A stretch of 63,937 nucleotides of DNA, counting the filler, from Octopus bimaculoides (lineage: Eukaryota): the NCBI RefSeq assembly GCF_001194135.2. It is 4 parts of 4 records of this genome, joined end to end, with 100 filler letters (N's around TTAATTAATTAA, not from the genome) between each part and the next. Parts side by side here need not be neighbours in the genome. Positions count along the whole stretch, not along the records: positions 32,912 to 62,812 come from NC_068999.1; 3 more parts are not named here. One strand, written 5' to 3'. A program made the position numbers and the translations under genes. Shown piece by piece: positions 35,199-50,135 of this stretch. The notes beneath the pieces were generated by a model. It was not told where the DNA came from, searched no databases, and was given only the letters and a program-made list of their open reading frames with translations. Position 1 is the stretch's first letter, and every line of letters begins with the position of its first letter.

Positions 35199-36935
35199 TC
35201 ATTCTTTATTGTTATTGTTTTATCATAATCCTCATTATTATTATTATTACACTAAACCATTTTACACTAAACCGTTTACGATATTTTTTTGTTTTCATTA
35301 TTATTATATTATTATTATTATCATCATTTATTTTCATCATCATTATTATTATTATTATTATTTGCTTATTCATTTATTTATTTGTTTCCTTCTTATTTCT
35401 TTTTTTTTCTTTCATTTCTTCATCGTATCTGCCGTAATTCCGAATAGTTGGAAATTTTTCAATACATTTTAATTTTGTAACATTGTAGAGGAACAGATGG
35501 GAAATCACATCTATATTTTCATTTTACCTCATATTTCATTTTATATTTGTTTATTTCTACCATTTGTGTTTTTATATTTACTTTCGTTTATAGTACATTT
35601 CCAACTAATCATGTTCATTCGTCTTCTTCATCAATATATATATATATGTATATATATAAATATATATATATATACACATACACACATATATATATCCACG
35701 TATATATGTGTGTATATGTATGTGCATATATTCATGAGTATATATGTACATATTTTATATGTATATATATGTATATATATTTTATCCATCTATCTATATA
35801 TATATAGATATAAGAAAATTATTAACGGCTACCTAACAAACTAAAAATATTATTTCTATATATGTGACGATTTTTCTAATACAGCTGTGAAAAGACTCAA
35901 GTATAGGAGCGAAGTTATAAAATAATAACTTTGTATGTTAGACACCAATAAACTTTTATAGTTAACTCGACTTATTTTAGAAACACTCGATATTTTATTT
36001 AATATGTGAGACCTTACTCTCACGAATAAGGAAAGTGTTTATATATATATATATATATATATATATNNNNNNNNNNNNNNNNNNNNNNNNNNNNNNNNNN
36101 NNNNNNNNNNNNNNNNNNNNNNNNNNNNNNNNNNNNNNNNNNNNNNNNNNNNNNNNNNNNNNNNNNNNNNNNNNNNNNNNNNNNNNNNNNNNNNNNNNNN
36201 NNNNNNNNNNNNNNNNNNNNNNNNNNNNNNNNNNNNNNNNNNNNNNNNNNNNNNNNNNNNNNNNNNNNNNNNNNNNNNNNNNNNNNNNNNNNNNNNNNNN
36301 NNNNNNNNNNNNNNNNNNNNNNNNNNNNNNNNNNNNNNNNNNNNNNNNNNNNNNNNNNNNNNNNNNNNNNNNNNNNNNNNNNNNNNNNNNNNNNNNNNNN
36401 NNNNNNNNNNNNNNNNNNNNNNNNNNNNNNNNNNNNNNNNNNNNNNNNNNNNNNNNNNNNNNNNNNNNNNNNNNNNNNNNNNNNNNNNNNNNNNNNNNNN
36501 NNNNNNNNNNNNNNNNNNNNNNNNNNNNNNNNNNNNNNNNNNNNNNNNNNNNNNNNNNNNNNNNNNNNNNNNNNNNNNNNNNNNNNNNNNNNNNNNNNNN
36601 NNNNNNNNNNNNNNNNNNNNNNNNNNNNNNNNNNNNNNNNNNNNNNNNNNNNNNNNNNNNNNNNNNNNNNNNNNNNNNNNNNNNNNNNNNNNNNNNNNNN
36701 NNNNNNNNNNNNNNNNNNNNNNNNNNNNNNNNNNNNNNNNNNNNNNNNNNNNNNNNNNNNNNNNNNNNNNNNNNNNNNNNNNNNNNNNNNNNNNNNNNNN
36801 NNNNNNNNNNNNNNNNNNNNNNNNNNNNNTATATAATGATTTCACTAAGGCATAGTGATATTAATAACCAGTTCTTGGAGTAAAATATACATATGCTTTC
36901 CGAAATAAACAAATTCCATTTTAATGGTTCAAGAA

Positions 36936-37003
36936 AGCTGTATGACGTAGCAGAAGCACTCAGCTGGGAGTGCACTGCTTCTTAGCAGAAACAACTGTAA
37001 GCT
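36936..37003 (+). ncRNA. Decayed HHR-like fold with long stem II
   Basis: CUGUAUGA...AGAAGCACUC-AGCUGG-GAGUGCACUGCUUCU-UAGCA-GAAAC-AACU-GUA-AGCU. Confidence 0.4.
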
Positions 37004-37179
37004 AATGAAGCTGATTACGCAACGTTTTTGTCATCCATCAGATAGATAGATAGATAGATCATACCTCGATGCAATAGTTGGTCGGCCTGCAAAGAAACTT
37101 CTACAAAATGTAATCCCTAGTTTTAATAAACGTATATCATCATTTTCAGAAGCTCAATAGTATTCCTTGTTATAATAAT

Positions 37180-37374
37180 GAGGCCAGCGAGCTGGCAAAA
37201 ATCATTACCGCAATATTTCTTCCGGTTTTAAGTTCTGAGTTCAAATATCACTGGGGCTGAGTTTACTTTTCTTTTATTCTGGGTCGATAAAATAGATACC
37301 AGTTGAGCACTGAGATCGATGTAATAGACTAGCCTCTCCCACAAAAATTTCAAGCCCTGTGCCTATAGTAGAAG
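37180..37374 (+). mobile_element. SINE family B, diverged
   Basis: GCGAGCTGGCA...GGGTCGATAAAATAGATACCAGTTGAGCACTG. Confidence 0.7.
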
Positions 37375-38253
37375 CTATCGTAATGTCATCTGCAATTGTG
37401 ACTTTATAGAAAAAATATATGTAATCCATTTTAACGCCCCCGTGCATATAAATACACGAATAAATATCTTCTGGTGCTATCCAATTATTGATTTAAGTGA
37501 GTAAAGAAATATTGCCAAATATTTTCCTAAATTTGATTCCTTTTCGTTTTCTGATGAATCATAGATACCTTAAAACTTTTAACAGAATCTCAATAGAAGT
37601 ATGTTATTTATGCTGTAAAATGTTTGTCAATTCAATTAAGCACTGCATTCAAAAACCTTTTCAATCTCTATAATAGTCTTTTCTCGCATCTGTAATTGTG
37701 TTCCCCTAAACCATATACTTCTTATCGGAAACGGAGTGATGAAAGCTTAGTGTATTATGCCGAATTACAACCAGACAACAAGAGAATTGCCAATGATTTA
37801 TATTGGATCGATCGAGGATTCATTCAAAATTTCGTTTCTATCAATATATTCGTTTATTGATGAATCCAGTAAAAATTTACATCAAGCCTTTCCAAGCATA
37901 TTAAAAGAAATGAGTCCAACAGCATTTAAAATCAAATAGTCAATACTTCAAAGATCCTCCATATGTACATGACAGGTTTTTGAATTTGCATTGGAAAGAA
38001 TGTAAAGTTATTAATTGTATATCAAGGTAGTCAGGCTTTTTAGGCACTCTTCAGAATACATCTTTTCCAACACTGAACTCCAAACGGATAAGTTCAGGAA
38101 TATTCCGAATATTTAGAACAGCATGGATATTATCGCCTCCACTTCTAGAAATGTATAGGTTTCAAATACATCAACAAAATTTGTTATTTCCCTGGCACAC
38201 AAATTTCTTCACACAAGAAATTCTTAAATATTTCCATTAACTAGATTTAAATA

Positions 38254-38288
<35 letters not shown>

Positions 38289-40094
38289 GTATATGTGTAT
38301 ATATATGTAATCATGTATATTTTTATATATATGTATGCGTGTATATGTTTATATATATGTATGCATGCATATGTATATATACGGTTTCCTCATAACTCTT
38401 GATACATCAGAAATTCTTTGCATGACAAAACCCTTACTTTATTTTTAAAATGAAGGTCATGTCGACTAGTAAAATGAGAAGCGATTGTTTCATTTTATCC
38501 AACCTGCCCTTGTTATGATAATGAACCATTTTACTGCATGTCATTTGACACGTTTCATGCCCGATTGTTTAAAATCATTCGAACGTAGATGAAGAATTCA
38601 TAGTTAGAAATACAAACAAACTAAATGTATTAGTGAAATAAATACTAAACGTCGTAACATCTTAAAGTTATGACCGGTGACGGGGGAAACAGCCAGGGAG
38701 ATATTGGTCCTGTAAATTAAAAAACAAAGTCATTAACGTTCTTCACCTAAGTAAGTTTACTTATTTTAATTGGATCGTTTACATTCTTTGTTTATGTTCT
38801 CTATTTTGGGATTTTATCGTTTATGAAACCATTCTTAAGTATACTTTAATCTTTAGTTATGAACAATCCTTGTTTCTTATCAATGTTTTTGTTTTCAAAA
38901 TGGAGGGTGTGTTTTATGCCATATTGTTTTGTGTTTTGATAACTTTTTTTTTTACTTAATTGAGAATATTTTAATCATGGCGCTACTACACGTTGCTCTA
39001 GTTAACTTCTCATCCGCCGCTAAACGTCAATAGATAGCGGTGTATTCATCCATATACACACATAAATATATATATATATATATACTTATATATATATACA
39101 CACATAAATATATATNNNNNNNNNNNNNNNNNNNNNNNNNNNNNNNNNNNNNNNNNNNNNNNNNNNNNNNNNNNNNNNNNNNNNNNNNNNNNNNNNNNNN
39201 NNNNNNNNNNNNNNNTATATATATATATATATATATATACATTACATATGCATATGTTACAACGAGCAGTGTGCGTGTATGTATATGTATGTGAGTATTG
39301 AATATATGCTCAATTTGTGTGATATTCTGCAGATGAAATTTTGTATATACTTATGTATAATAATGTTCACTTATATAACTTAAAATATGTTACATATTTT
39401 TTTAATGGAAATTTACGGGTTTACTTGACTATATTTTTCTAAACATGTGTATTTTCTGAGTGTGTGTATGTGTGTTAGAAAGAGCTGTTATAGATTTGAG
39501 TGACTGTGTTTTTCTTGATATAGTCACAATGTTTGAAAAATGTCATTTTTAAATTAAAAATAATTTATATTAAAAAAAATTCAAAGCAGTCTAACACGTG
39601 ACTGTGTTAATCTCTTTTTATATCATTTTTAATTTAAAACATTCTTTTTCAAATTTTGTATGTATATATATATATATATATATATAATTTCATGTGTGTG
39701 TATAATACTTTTGATTTGTTTATATTGCGTGTGTGCTTACAGAATTGGTAAGTTTACGAAGAATACATGCAATTGGAGGCCAAACGGGAATTATTTTGGC
39801 AAGGAGTGACTGTCACTGAGATGGACTGTTTGTTACAATAGGCTTTAGTTGTGTGTACGATATCAATTAGTGCTTGTTTCCCTGCCAATTGTGTTTAAGA
39901 ACTAGGGTGTGGATCTATGTCTGTTTGTTTGTGTGTGTGTATAAATATATACGTATTTTATGCAAATGTTATATACACATGTATCTAAGTATATGTATAC
40001 GTACATGTATATACAAGGGCTTTATATACATATGTATATGCACACATATATATTTATATACATATATATGGCATTATACACACAGACGTATAAA

Positions 40095-40168
<74 letters not shown>

Positions 40169-40713
40169 TATACATATATCTATGTACAAGCATCCATGTA
40201 CGTATTTATATTATTAAAAATACATTTGTATGTTTCTGTGTGTTTATATCTATTTATAAATATATACATATTTGCGAGTTTTCATGCTAGTATACTTTTA
40301 TTTGTGTGCACATATATATACATACATGTGTGGAGAATGCTACTTCTTTACATGAAGCAACTATCTTTTGGTTTAGTAAATGCTGCCATGAGATTTCATA
40401 AGACTAGCAAGTTCGGCTTTGGACAAACAGATCTTATTGCAAATGTTATGTATATGTATATATGCACACACATAGATGCAGTGAATGTGTAGAAGTAGAC
40501 ATAGGGGAGAGATTACGGAAAAAACTTTCTATGGGTTACCAGGCCCGAAGAATGAAAGGCTGGAAGCAAATCCTTGTGGCTGTTTGTGTGTGTCTATATC
40601 ATTACTAGAATACACACGCGTCGAAATGTTGCATAGAAAATGGCAGCTACACAGAAATTAAAATAAATTTTTTGAGTAGACAGAAATTGATCTGTTATTT
40701 GAAATAATAGTAA

Positions 40714-40898
40714 TTCTTTCTCTTATAGGCACAGGCCCTGAAATTAGGTGGGGAGGGTCTAGTCGATTATATCGACCCCAGTGTTCGACTGGTATTCATT
40801 TGATCGACTCCGAAAGGATGAACGCAAGGTTGATTTCGACAAGACTTGGACTCAGAACGTAAAGAGCTGGACGCGATAATGAATTTGTCAGCTCAATA
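40714..40898 (-). mobile_element. SINE family B, diverged
   Basis: ATCGACCCCAGTGTTCGACTGGTATTCATTTGATCGACTCCGAAAGGATGAA. Confidence 0.7.
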
Positions 40899-41092
40899 CT
40901 TTTATGTCAAAAGATGCGTACCGGCCATCGGCGAGATTCTATTGCTCAAGAGTAATTTGAACTAGAAACACATAGAACCGAGGAAAAATGCTGCAAGGCA
41001 TCTAAACTAATGCTTTGAGAAATTCGCCATCCGACGCTCCAAGATGGTATTTGTTGATTGAATCGGAAATGATATGTGTGCGTGCGTGTTTT

Positions 41093-41465
41093 CTTTTACT
41101 TGTTTCGGTCATTGGAGCTCGTCCATACTGGGCCACCACTTTGAAGGATTTCGTCGGACAAATAGATCCCACTACTTGTTTTCAGTCTGGTATTTAACCT
41201 ATTTGCTAAGTTACGGAGGCACAACGACCACTTGTCGGTTGGCTTGTGGGAGAAAACACAAGCATACACACATATACATATACACGACGGAGTTCCACAC
41301 AGTTTCCGTCTACCATATTCCGTCAACCATATGCATTGGAAAGGCATTGGCCGTCCCAGGGCTGCAGTAGAACACATTTCCACAAGATTCCATGCTGTGG
41401 GATTGAATCTGAAACCACATGGTTGCAAAGCGCGCTTCTTAACCACACAGCCAAACCTGCACCTA
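41093..41465 (-). mobile_element. SINE family A, full diverged copy
   Basis: Collinear with 12681-13088. Confidence 0.8.
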
Positions 41466-41481
41466 ATGTAAAAAGGAACAT

Positions 41482-41512
<31 letters not shown>

Positions 41513-41539
41513 GCGTATATAAACATATATATGCATGTG

Positions 41540-41584
<45 letters not shown>

Positions 41585-41727
41585 NNNNNNNNNNNNNNNN
41601 NNNNNNNNNNNNNNNNNNNNNNNNNNNNNNNNNNNNNNNNNNNNNNNNNNNNNNNNNNNNNNNNNNNNNNNNNNNNNNNNNNNNNNNNNNNNNNNNNNNN
41701 NNNNNNNNNNNNNNNNNNNNNNNNNNN

Positions 41728-41777
<50 letters not shown>

Positions 41778-41778
41778 C

Positions 41779-41827
<49 letters not shown>

Positions 41828-42256
41828 TTTATTTTACTGCCCACTATCTATTTTGTTCATCCTTTTACACATTTTATTCATCGATATCTAACAATCTCCA
41901 ACAAATCCCAACCTCACAACGCTCTCCAATCACCAGTTTATCTATAAACACTTCTGCCGTTCGTCTCGCTAACTATCTGCCATTTGATTTATCTATTCAT
42001 TGTGTCAATCACTATTGTTTTCCGATCTATTTATCAATTGATTTATCGATCTGCTTCTCTGTTTATTTTCATCATCGATACTTCGATTCAGCGTCTATCT
42101 CCCACTGGAATAACATATCAATCTTGCCATTTATTGCCATTTATTTGTCTTTCGTTCAATTTGTCATCTTCTCGATGTGTCTAAGTGTACGTTTGTCTTG
42201 TAGCTCCTTTTATCTATTTAACCGAATAGATATGCACACAAATATAAATATATATA

Positions 42257-42288
<32 letters not shown>

Positions 42289-42617
42289 CACATTAACATA
42301 CACATACACAAAAAATTATACACATATATCTGAACATGCATACACACACACGTTTATACATAAACACGTGTAGATATACACAACGCTCTTAGGCACAAGT
42401 TAGAGTTCTATCTATGCATTACAGTGAGTTAGAAAAACTTCGATAACTGATATTATCATTGCAATTAAAAAACAAAACCTCCCTCAATTAGTAGCGAAAA
42501 TCTAAAAACAACAGTCATGGCTGATCACTTCAATTATATCAACTAATCCAAATTTTTGGAGAAAACAGACGTCGCAGCTGGGAGAGGATATGTTTTAATG
42601 AAAGTAACGAACGCAGC

Positions 42618-42649
<32 letters not shown>

Positions 42650-42651
<2 letters not shown>

Positions 42652-42810
42652 CTGAAATTTACAGAAAAACAAAAGACGAGAACCGGTGTATAAATAACAA
42701 GCAGGTGTAATAGTTTGACACTCGGGAAAGTAAGAAAGTCTTTTACGTTTCGAGCTTACGCTCTCGCTCTTCTACAGAAAGGAACACGAAGAAATAAACA
42801 GAGGGAGAAT
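42650..42810 (-). mobile_element. Family D HHR element, copy 3
   Basis: Homologous to 2229-2428; starts directly after (TA)n. Confidence 0.75.
42740..42781 (-). ncRNA. Minimal HHR fold, CUGUAGA core, GUAA-capped stem II
   Basis: CUUU-CUGUAGA-A-[GAGCGA duplication]-GAGC-GUAA-GCUC-GAAAC-GUA-AAAG. Confidence 0.6.
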
Positions 42811-42879
42811 TTTTTAAAAAACACGTTTGGAGTATATTCACGACAGCGCTGGGTGAAAAACCTTGTAGTTTATTTAAAA

Positions 42880-45150
42880 GCTGAATATTCGGTCAATCAT
42901 ATTGCAACTGTTAGTGTCACAGCGAAATATATCAAGGGGTAATGATTTTTACTCATGTTTAATCTTTTAGAGACCCTCGTATGATGAATTTTGGCAAAAG
43001 ACTTCTGCTATTCCATCCATACCATTTTCAGACTTCTCTTTCTCTCTGTACAATCTTCGTTTCTGGTTAGTAACTGACCTTTACAATCATACGAGCTTTT
43101 CCAACATTACCTTTGCTTTTAAGGAAACAAGATTATTTTTCCAGATTTGTAGTTATCCTCCGCGATATTATTGCAGATAAAGCTTTGTAAACTGTAGGAA
43201 GGCAGATTATGGGTAAGTTTTAGGGTTTACCGTGCCTTTAGTTTTGGGAATTCAGATGATTTTCTCCATAATCATGTACTTTTTGTCCTTTTCACCAATA
43301 CATCCTTTATTTTCTATCTTTTGGTGTCTGCTTTCCATGTTTGCTTGGGCTTTGATATTGATATACAAATAAATTTAAGGGATTATCCATTTTCTTTCGT
43401 AAGTACAGCTGCTTCTCCTGCTGCTGCCTATATTATTTCGTTTGACCTGGTTATATTTATGTTCATGTATGTTTTCATTAAGTCTGTGGGAGCAAGGTTT
43501 GCGATATTTGTTGCTAATTCCATCGTCGTGTTTTATCCTTATAAGATACTTTAATTGGCCCCTAGGAAGATCCAGAAATGAAAAAAACTTAATTAGTTCC
43601 CCCTTTAGATTCATATATTCATTTATTTCCATCGTTAGAATTTTCTACTTTAAAATATATTCCATTTACTCATGTATCTATATTTTGGTTTCTTGCTACT
43701 CGATGGCTTTTCTAGGCTTGATTTCGTTGTAATTTGTTTTTCCTTTTTATATTTCATTTGTTTAGTACTTGTTCGGTCAATTTTTGCGGTTTACCTTTAT
43801 AATATAATTGTGTTTCTTGTTTGTTTTGTATTCGTTGTTTGTGTTTTTGTTATGTATTATTTATTTTCAGAATTCTATTTCTGATATTTTGTGCTTTTGA
43901 GAACTTGTCTTCTTAAATTATAAGGTTAATAGAGATCCAAACTTTTAGTTCGTAGTTTATTTTTTCTCCAAGCTGTATTCTCAAGTGTTGCCAGCTTCGT
44001 TTTGAGATAGACTGCGGGTCTGATATATGCAAACTGGTCAATTTATAACTCTCTTAATTTATTGGTTTCGATTTTGTGGGATACTGTGTTGTCTCTGGCG
44101 AAGTCGAGTCTTGAACGTTGTATTCTTCGCACTTTTTAAATATGAAGTTCAAATTAGGTTTTCCTTTATCAACTTACATTTAAGCAATGCTTTTTTTATC
44201 TGTAATGTTTCTGGTTTCGTGTGTGGGAAGGCGGTGGAGTCGGTCTCCCGTTGATCTAACTTCGTTAAGGTAGTATCATAACATTGGCCACTTGAAGCAT
44301 TTGTAAGTAAATTTTTAGCAATAAAGTTTACAAGATTTACCTTTGAACATTTTCGGAGATTTTTATCCCCGATTAAAATTGTTATTTAACTATATTTACA
44401 GATATTTGTCGGAACGGTCGAATAGTGATATTTCGTGATAAACGGCCTCCAATATTTTCCTTTTATTTTCAGTAGTCATTTTACGTACTTTCAATCATAA
44501 CTAAACGAGGTAACACCGTGTCTTGTGCAAGCAGTGTTTTGTCTTGATTTTATGGTTCCTTTTGTATCGAAAGTATGTTGTGTGTGTGTGTGCGTGCGTG
44601 CGCCTAATGCCGAGCAGTGCTAACTACATAGTGTAGTACATATTCAGTAAGCCGTGAGGTTTTTGCTAAGTATTTGTCTTTCGTTGTGTTTGATTTTAAT
44701 CATTCACTGTACATAATATTGAGGGGGTTCTTTCCAAGTATGGGCCTCAGAATATATATTTGGATAATTTCCTCATTTGTTTTAGAAAATACTTTATCGT
44801 CCGTTGGGATTATTACTTCGTTTTCCGAACTTCTTTCACAGTTGGTCCTCAATAACTGTATCTGGCGGAGTAATCTTGACATCCCCGTCTAAATGGAATG
44901 GCATATCACACTTTGTAGCCGTTTTGTCATTCCCTGAGATTCTATCTGCTTTTTGTTTATACTATTTATAACCACCTCTTTTCTGATTGATGTTTCGTAA
45001 TGAAGGTAAAACTTCCATTTTATGAAAATCTCAAGTCTGCCATGCCTATTGTATTCTTTGGTATTTAAGCTTTTCCTCTTAACGAAAGACAGTTCGCAAA
45101 TGTTTTGTCCCAGTATCCATATTTTCTGCAGTTATTTGATATATTCTCTT
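42880..45150 (-). pseudogene. Old R4/Dong-like LINE remnant (N-terminal region into start of RT)
   Basis: PIICLPTVYKALSAIISRRI and SYDCKGQLL..RKRSLKMVWME at 42950-43220 are clear; the upstream extent to about 45150 is weaker. Confidence 0.55.
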
Positions 45151-45188
45151 CCCTTACACGATTCTAGTGGTTTCCACTACGACGTCTT

Positions 45189-45605
45189 TGGCAGAAACGT
45201 TAGAGCGTCGGACAAAATGCTTAGCAGTATTTCTTCCGACCCTTAATAATCCAGTTTCAAATTTCACCGACGTCAACTTTGCTTTTCATCCTTTTGTGGT
45301 CGATAAAATAAAGTACGAGTCAAGCACTGGAATCGATGTCGTTGATTGACAGCCCCTCCCCTCGAAATTACAGACATTGTGCTTACATTATAAATCATTA
45401 TTAAGGCGGCGAGCTGGTAGAATCGTTAGAGCGTCAAACGAAATGCCTTGCAGTGTCTTTTCTCGTTCTTTACATTCTGAGTTCAAATCCCGTTGAACAC
45501 AACTTTCCTTTTCATCCTTTCGGGGTCGATAAGTACCAGCTGCATACTGGAGTCGATCTAATCCACTTATTCCACCCATAAAACTGTTGGCCTTGAGCCA
45601 AAATC
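45189..45605 (+). mobile_element. Two head-to-tail SINE family B copies
   Basis: The core TTTCATCCTTT..GGTCGATAA occurs twice, separated by ATCATTATT; ends in (ATT)n. Confidence 0.8.
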
Positions 45606-45641
<36 letters not shown>

Positions 45642-46433
45642 TATTATTATTACTGAACCAAATGGGGAAAGAAATAACAAGAAAAATTATTATTTTAATT
45701 GTTTCGTTGCTGCGCTAGTCAGTCAGTCTATGATGTTGTATTGTCTTAATCGACAACGAGGGCAATAAACCCCTCGAGGACAACGCTTTTGTGTTCTTAC
45801 CAAACCTTTGAGTTCCAGTTGGGCCGCGCCAATCTTTATTGCGGTATTAATTCTGACTGAATCGATCATCAGATACGATGAGAAATAAAGCAATACTTCA
45901 ACAACCAAACAGAAGATATTTCTATTAATTTGTCACGTTAGTACTTATCGACAGTGTATATGCGTTTATATATATATATATATATATATATNNNNNNNNN
46001 NNNNNNNNNNNNNNNNNNNNNNNNNNNNNNNNNNNNNNNNNNNNNNNNNNNNNNNNNNNNNNNNNNNNNNNNNNNNNNNNNNNNNNNNNNNNNNNNNNNN
46101 NNNNNNNNNNNNNNNNNNNNNNNNNNNNNNNNNNNNNNNNNNNNNNNNNNNNNNNNNNNNNNNNNNNNNNNNNNNNNNNNNNNNNNNNNNNNNNNNNNNN
46201 NNNNNNNNNNNNNNNNNNNNNNNNNNNNNNNNNNNNNNNNNNNNNNNNNNNNNNNNNNNNNNNNNNNNNNNNNNNNNNNNNNNNNNNNNNNNNNNNNNNN
46301 NNNNNNNNNNNNNNNNNNNNNNNNNNNNNNNNNNNNNNNNNNNNNNNNNNNNNNNNNNNNNNNNNNNNNNNNNNNNNNNNNNNNNNNNNNNNNNNNNNNN
46401 NNNNNNNNNNNNNNNNNNNNNNNNNNNNNNNNN

Positions 46434-46478
<45 letters not shown>

Positions 46479-46757
46479 TGTACGTATTTGCATATATACA
46501 CACTATGAGGGAAAACTAATAAAAGTCGAGTAATAAAATCACCAAAATTGAGGAAACAAAACAACAATAATAATAATAATAATAATGATGATGATAATAA
46601 TCACTTTTGAGAATCGAATCAGTTTTGCAAACTAATCGATATTTGTCTATTCGATTTTTATTAACTATTTTCTTAGCGTCTATTTAAGAGTAATATGTTG
46701 TTGTTGTTGTTGATGATGATGATAGTGGAAATAACGAAAATGAAACTACTGAAACGC

Positions 46758-46798
<41 letters not shown>

Positions 46799-46884
46799 GA
46801 GGCGTGCAAACTTGTGTGTGTGTGTGTAACAGATAGACATGATGAAGAGCACGTATACATGTGAGTATGTAATATATATATATG

Positions 46885-46920
<36 letters not shown>

Positions 46921-47398
46921 GATATGTGTGTGCATTTATATATGTATAAAATACGTGTGAGCGTGTGTGTGTGTAAAATATATAAAGCACACACACACAC
47001 ACACAAAGAGGATTGTGAAAGAAATCGCAGAAACAGACGCAGGAGATACAAGAAGAGTAGCAGTAAGAGAATGAGAATAAGCTGAGGTGGTGGTGGTGGT
47101 GGTAGCGGCGGCGGCATCGGCAGCAGTAGTAGTAGTGATAGTGGTGGTGGTCATGGTCGTCATGGTCGTGGTGGTAGAAGCGGTAGTGGCAGTGATGGTG
47201 GTGGCGGCGGTGGTAGTGATAGTAGTGGTTGTAGTAGTAGTAGTAGTTGTAGTAGCAGTAGTAGTACTGGTGGTGGGGGTGGCATGAAGAGTTAATGCAA
47301 GAGTAGGAGGAATGTGTTTTATAGATTGACGAAAAAGAAAAAGACAAATTGAACTAGAATAGAATCGGAGAAAGAGAATTTAAGACTGAGACACAATG

Positions 47399-47446
<48 letters not shown>

Positions 47447-48040
47447 NNNNNNNNNNNNNNNNNNNNNNNNNNNNNNNNNNNNNNNNNNNNNNNNNNNNNN
47501 NNNNNNNNNNNNNNNNNNNNNNNNNNNNNNNNNNNNNNNNNNNNNNNNNNNNNNNNNNNNNNNNNNNNNNNNNNNNNNNNNNNNNNNNNNNNNNNNNNNN
47601 NNNNNNNNNNNNNNNNNNNNNNNNNNNNNNNNNNNNNNNNNNNNNNNNNNNNNNNNNNNNNNNNNNNNNNNNNNNNNNNNNNNNNNNNNNNNNNNNNNNN
47701 NNNNNNNNNNNNNNNNNNNNNNNNNNNNNNNNNNNNNNNNNNNNNNNNNNNNNNNNNNNNNNNNNNNNNNNNNNNNNNNNNNNNNNNNNNGTGTGTGTGT
47801 GTGTGTGTGTGTGTGGAAGAATGGTCTTACAGGAGAACAATTTGATTTTTGTGTCTTATTCAATTTCAATTGGTCAAATCCTTATTTGACAAGTGAAAAA
47901 GAAATATTGTTCGTTTTGAACAGACGAACGGATAAGAAATTCTTTTGTATAAACAAAATAATATACACACAAACACACATACTATACACAAAGTATATTT
48001 ATTCCAGAGGAACTGAATGAATACACACACAAACACAGAT

Positions 48041-48079
<39 letters not shown>

Positions 48080-48616
48080 CACACACACATTTGAACCAGA
48101 GAATTTGAAGAATTTGTGTGTGTGTGTTCACAAATTCTCTGGAACAAGTATCGTAGAATTAATTCATCAACATTCCAAATGATAAGTGTTGGTAGACATC
48201 AACTAAAGTCAATTCGCTGAAACGAAAATATTTTATGAAGATGTCTGCCCCATAAAATCTTTCAGTTTCAAAACATTACCGAAACACTTTCAAAAAAAAA
48301 AAAAAATCAATGAACCAACATGGAGAGTCACTACGCGTGACATATTTCCTCTTCTCACTACACGAAACTAATTTAAAAGCAATCCTTTCCAGATGAGGTT
48401 TCACTATGAGATTACTTTGGCTGCAGGAAATAACAACTAAATAGCCGCCAAATTATACACTACGGCGTTAAAAGTGGATGGCCCATTGGATTATGCAGCG
48501 AATTTCTCGCGGTTAACATAACGCTAAACTCCAACAACAAAAGCAAAGTATCGATGGCAATTTTATACGTTATAAACACGTATTATCGTTATTATTATTA
48601 TTATTATTATTATTAT

Positions 48617-48836
48617 GGAGGTAACGAATTTGATGAATTGTTAGTGCGCCGAACAAAATACTTGGCGGAATTTCTTCCGACTTTACGTTTTGAGTTCAAA
48701 TTCTACCGAAGTCGACTTTGCATATCATCCTTTCAGGGTCGATGAAATAAGTAACAGTGAAGCACTGGTGGGTTGATGTAATCGACTGGCCCCTTTTCCC
48801 AAAAATTTCAGACCTTGTGCCAATAATAGAAAGGGT
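48617..48836 (+). mobile_element. SINE family B between (ATT)n tracts
   Basis: GTCGACTTTGCATATCATCCTTTCAGGGTCGATGAAATAAG. Confidence 0.8.
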
Positions 48837-49040
48837 TATTATTATTATTATTTGAGAAAACTCTCAGCTTGTTTTTCTAGGTACGATGGTATGTCTCTGC
48901 TTATATACATTTATTTACACACACAAACGAATATATATATAAAATGCACATATGTATATGTATATATATATGTGTGTATATATATATATATATGTATGTA
49001 TATGTATATATATATATGTATGTATATGTATATATATATA

Positions 49041-49111
<71 letters not shown>

Positions 49112-50088
49112 GTGTGTATGTATATACAGCTTTGTGTGGGGGCGTACGTATAGCTGTAGGATGTGTGAGAGATGGAGAGATATGCATAGAGAACGGGTGG
49201 GAGCAGAGATATAAAAAGACATAAACCGTGAGAGAGAGAGAGAGAGAGAGAGAGAGACGGAGGGAGAAAGAGAGAGAGCAGTGATGTACCGGAAGTAGTT
49301 GAAAGATGTTAGGAACTTGCTGAATTTACAATCAGTGTTGCCAATATTAGTTTTTTTTTCTTTTTTATTTCATTTTCTTTGTTATTGTTGTTATTGTTAT
49401 TGTTGTTGTTATTGTTGTTGTTTATTCTGGAAATCTGGCAGCCAACACATCTCAGTTCCTTCTCTCGGTTTATATTGCATTTTTTTTCTCCTTCGTGCTG
49501 TTCAGATGTCAATTGGTATGATCTACTACTACTACTATTGCTAATAAGTTCTCTTATTATTATCATCATTACTACTAATATAATTATCACTTCTAATAAG
49601 TTCTGCTATTATCATCATAACTACCACTATAATTATCTTTGTCATTAATATTATTATTATTTTTAATACTATCGTTGTAACTATCATCATCATCATCATC
49701 ATTACATTCGTATCATGAATATTACTCATTTTTTATCATCATCATCGTCATCATCATGATCATCATCATCAATACTATTATTGTTAGTGCTTTTTAAAAT
49801 ACGTGAAGAGTTTTCTTTATTAATGCAAGAAACATCGGAGTTTATGATGAGGAAGTCAAATTAATGGCCATTAAATATCACAGACAAATGATATTTATGA
49901 TTAATAAAAATATCCAAGCTTAACGAAGATATCCAATGTTAACGAAGATATCCAATGTTAACGAACAATTATCGCAAATTAACTGAAATATGTAATGCTA
50001 ACAGAAAAAAAAAAATTATTGAAACAGATTATAAATGGTGACACTAGTCGTTCTGGAAGGGTAGTTTTTCCTCTTGATGTTGCTGGTG

Positions 50089-50135
<47 letters not shown>

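Noticed and set aside
49920-49965. 19-bp tandem repeat, about 2.4 copies
   Set aside because: Ordinary slippage duplication with no spacers; not CRISPR-like.
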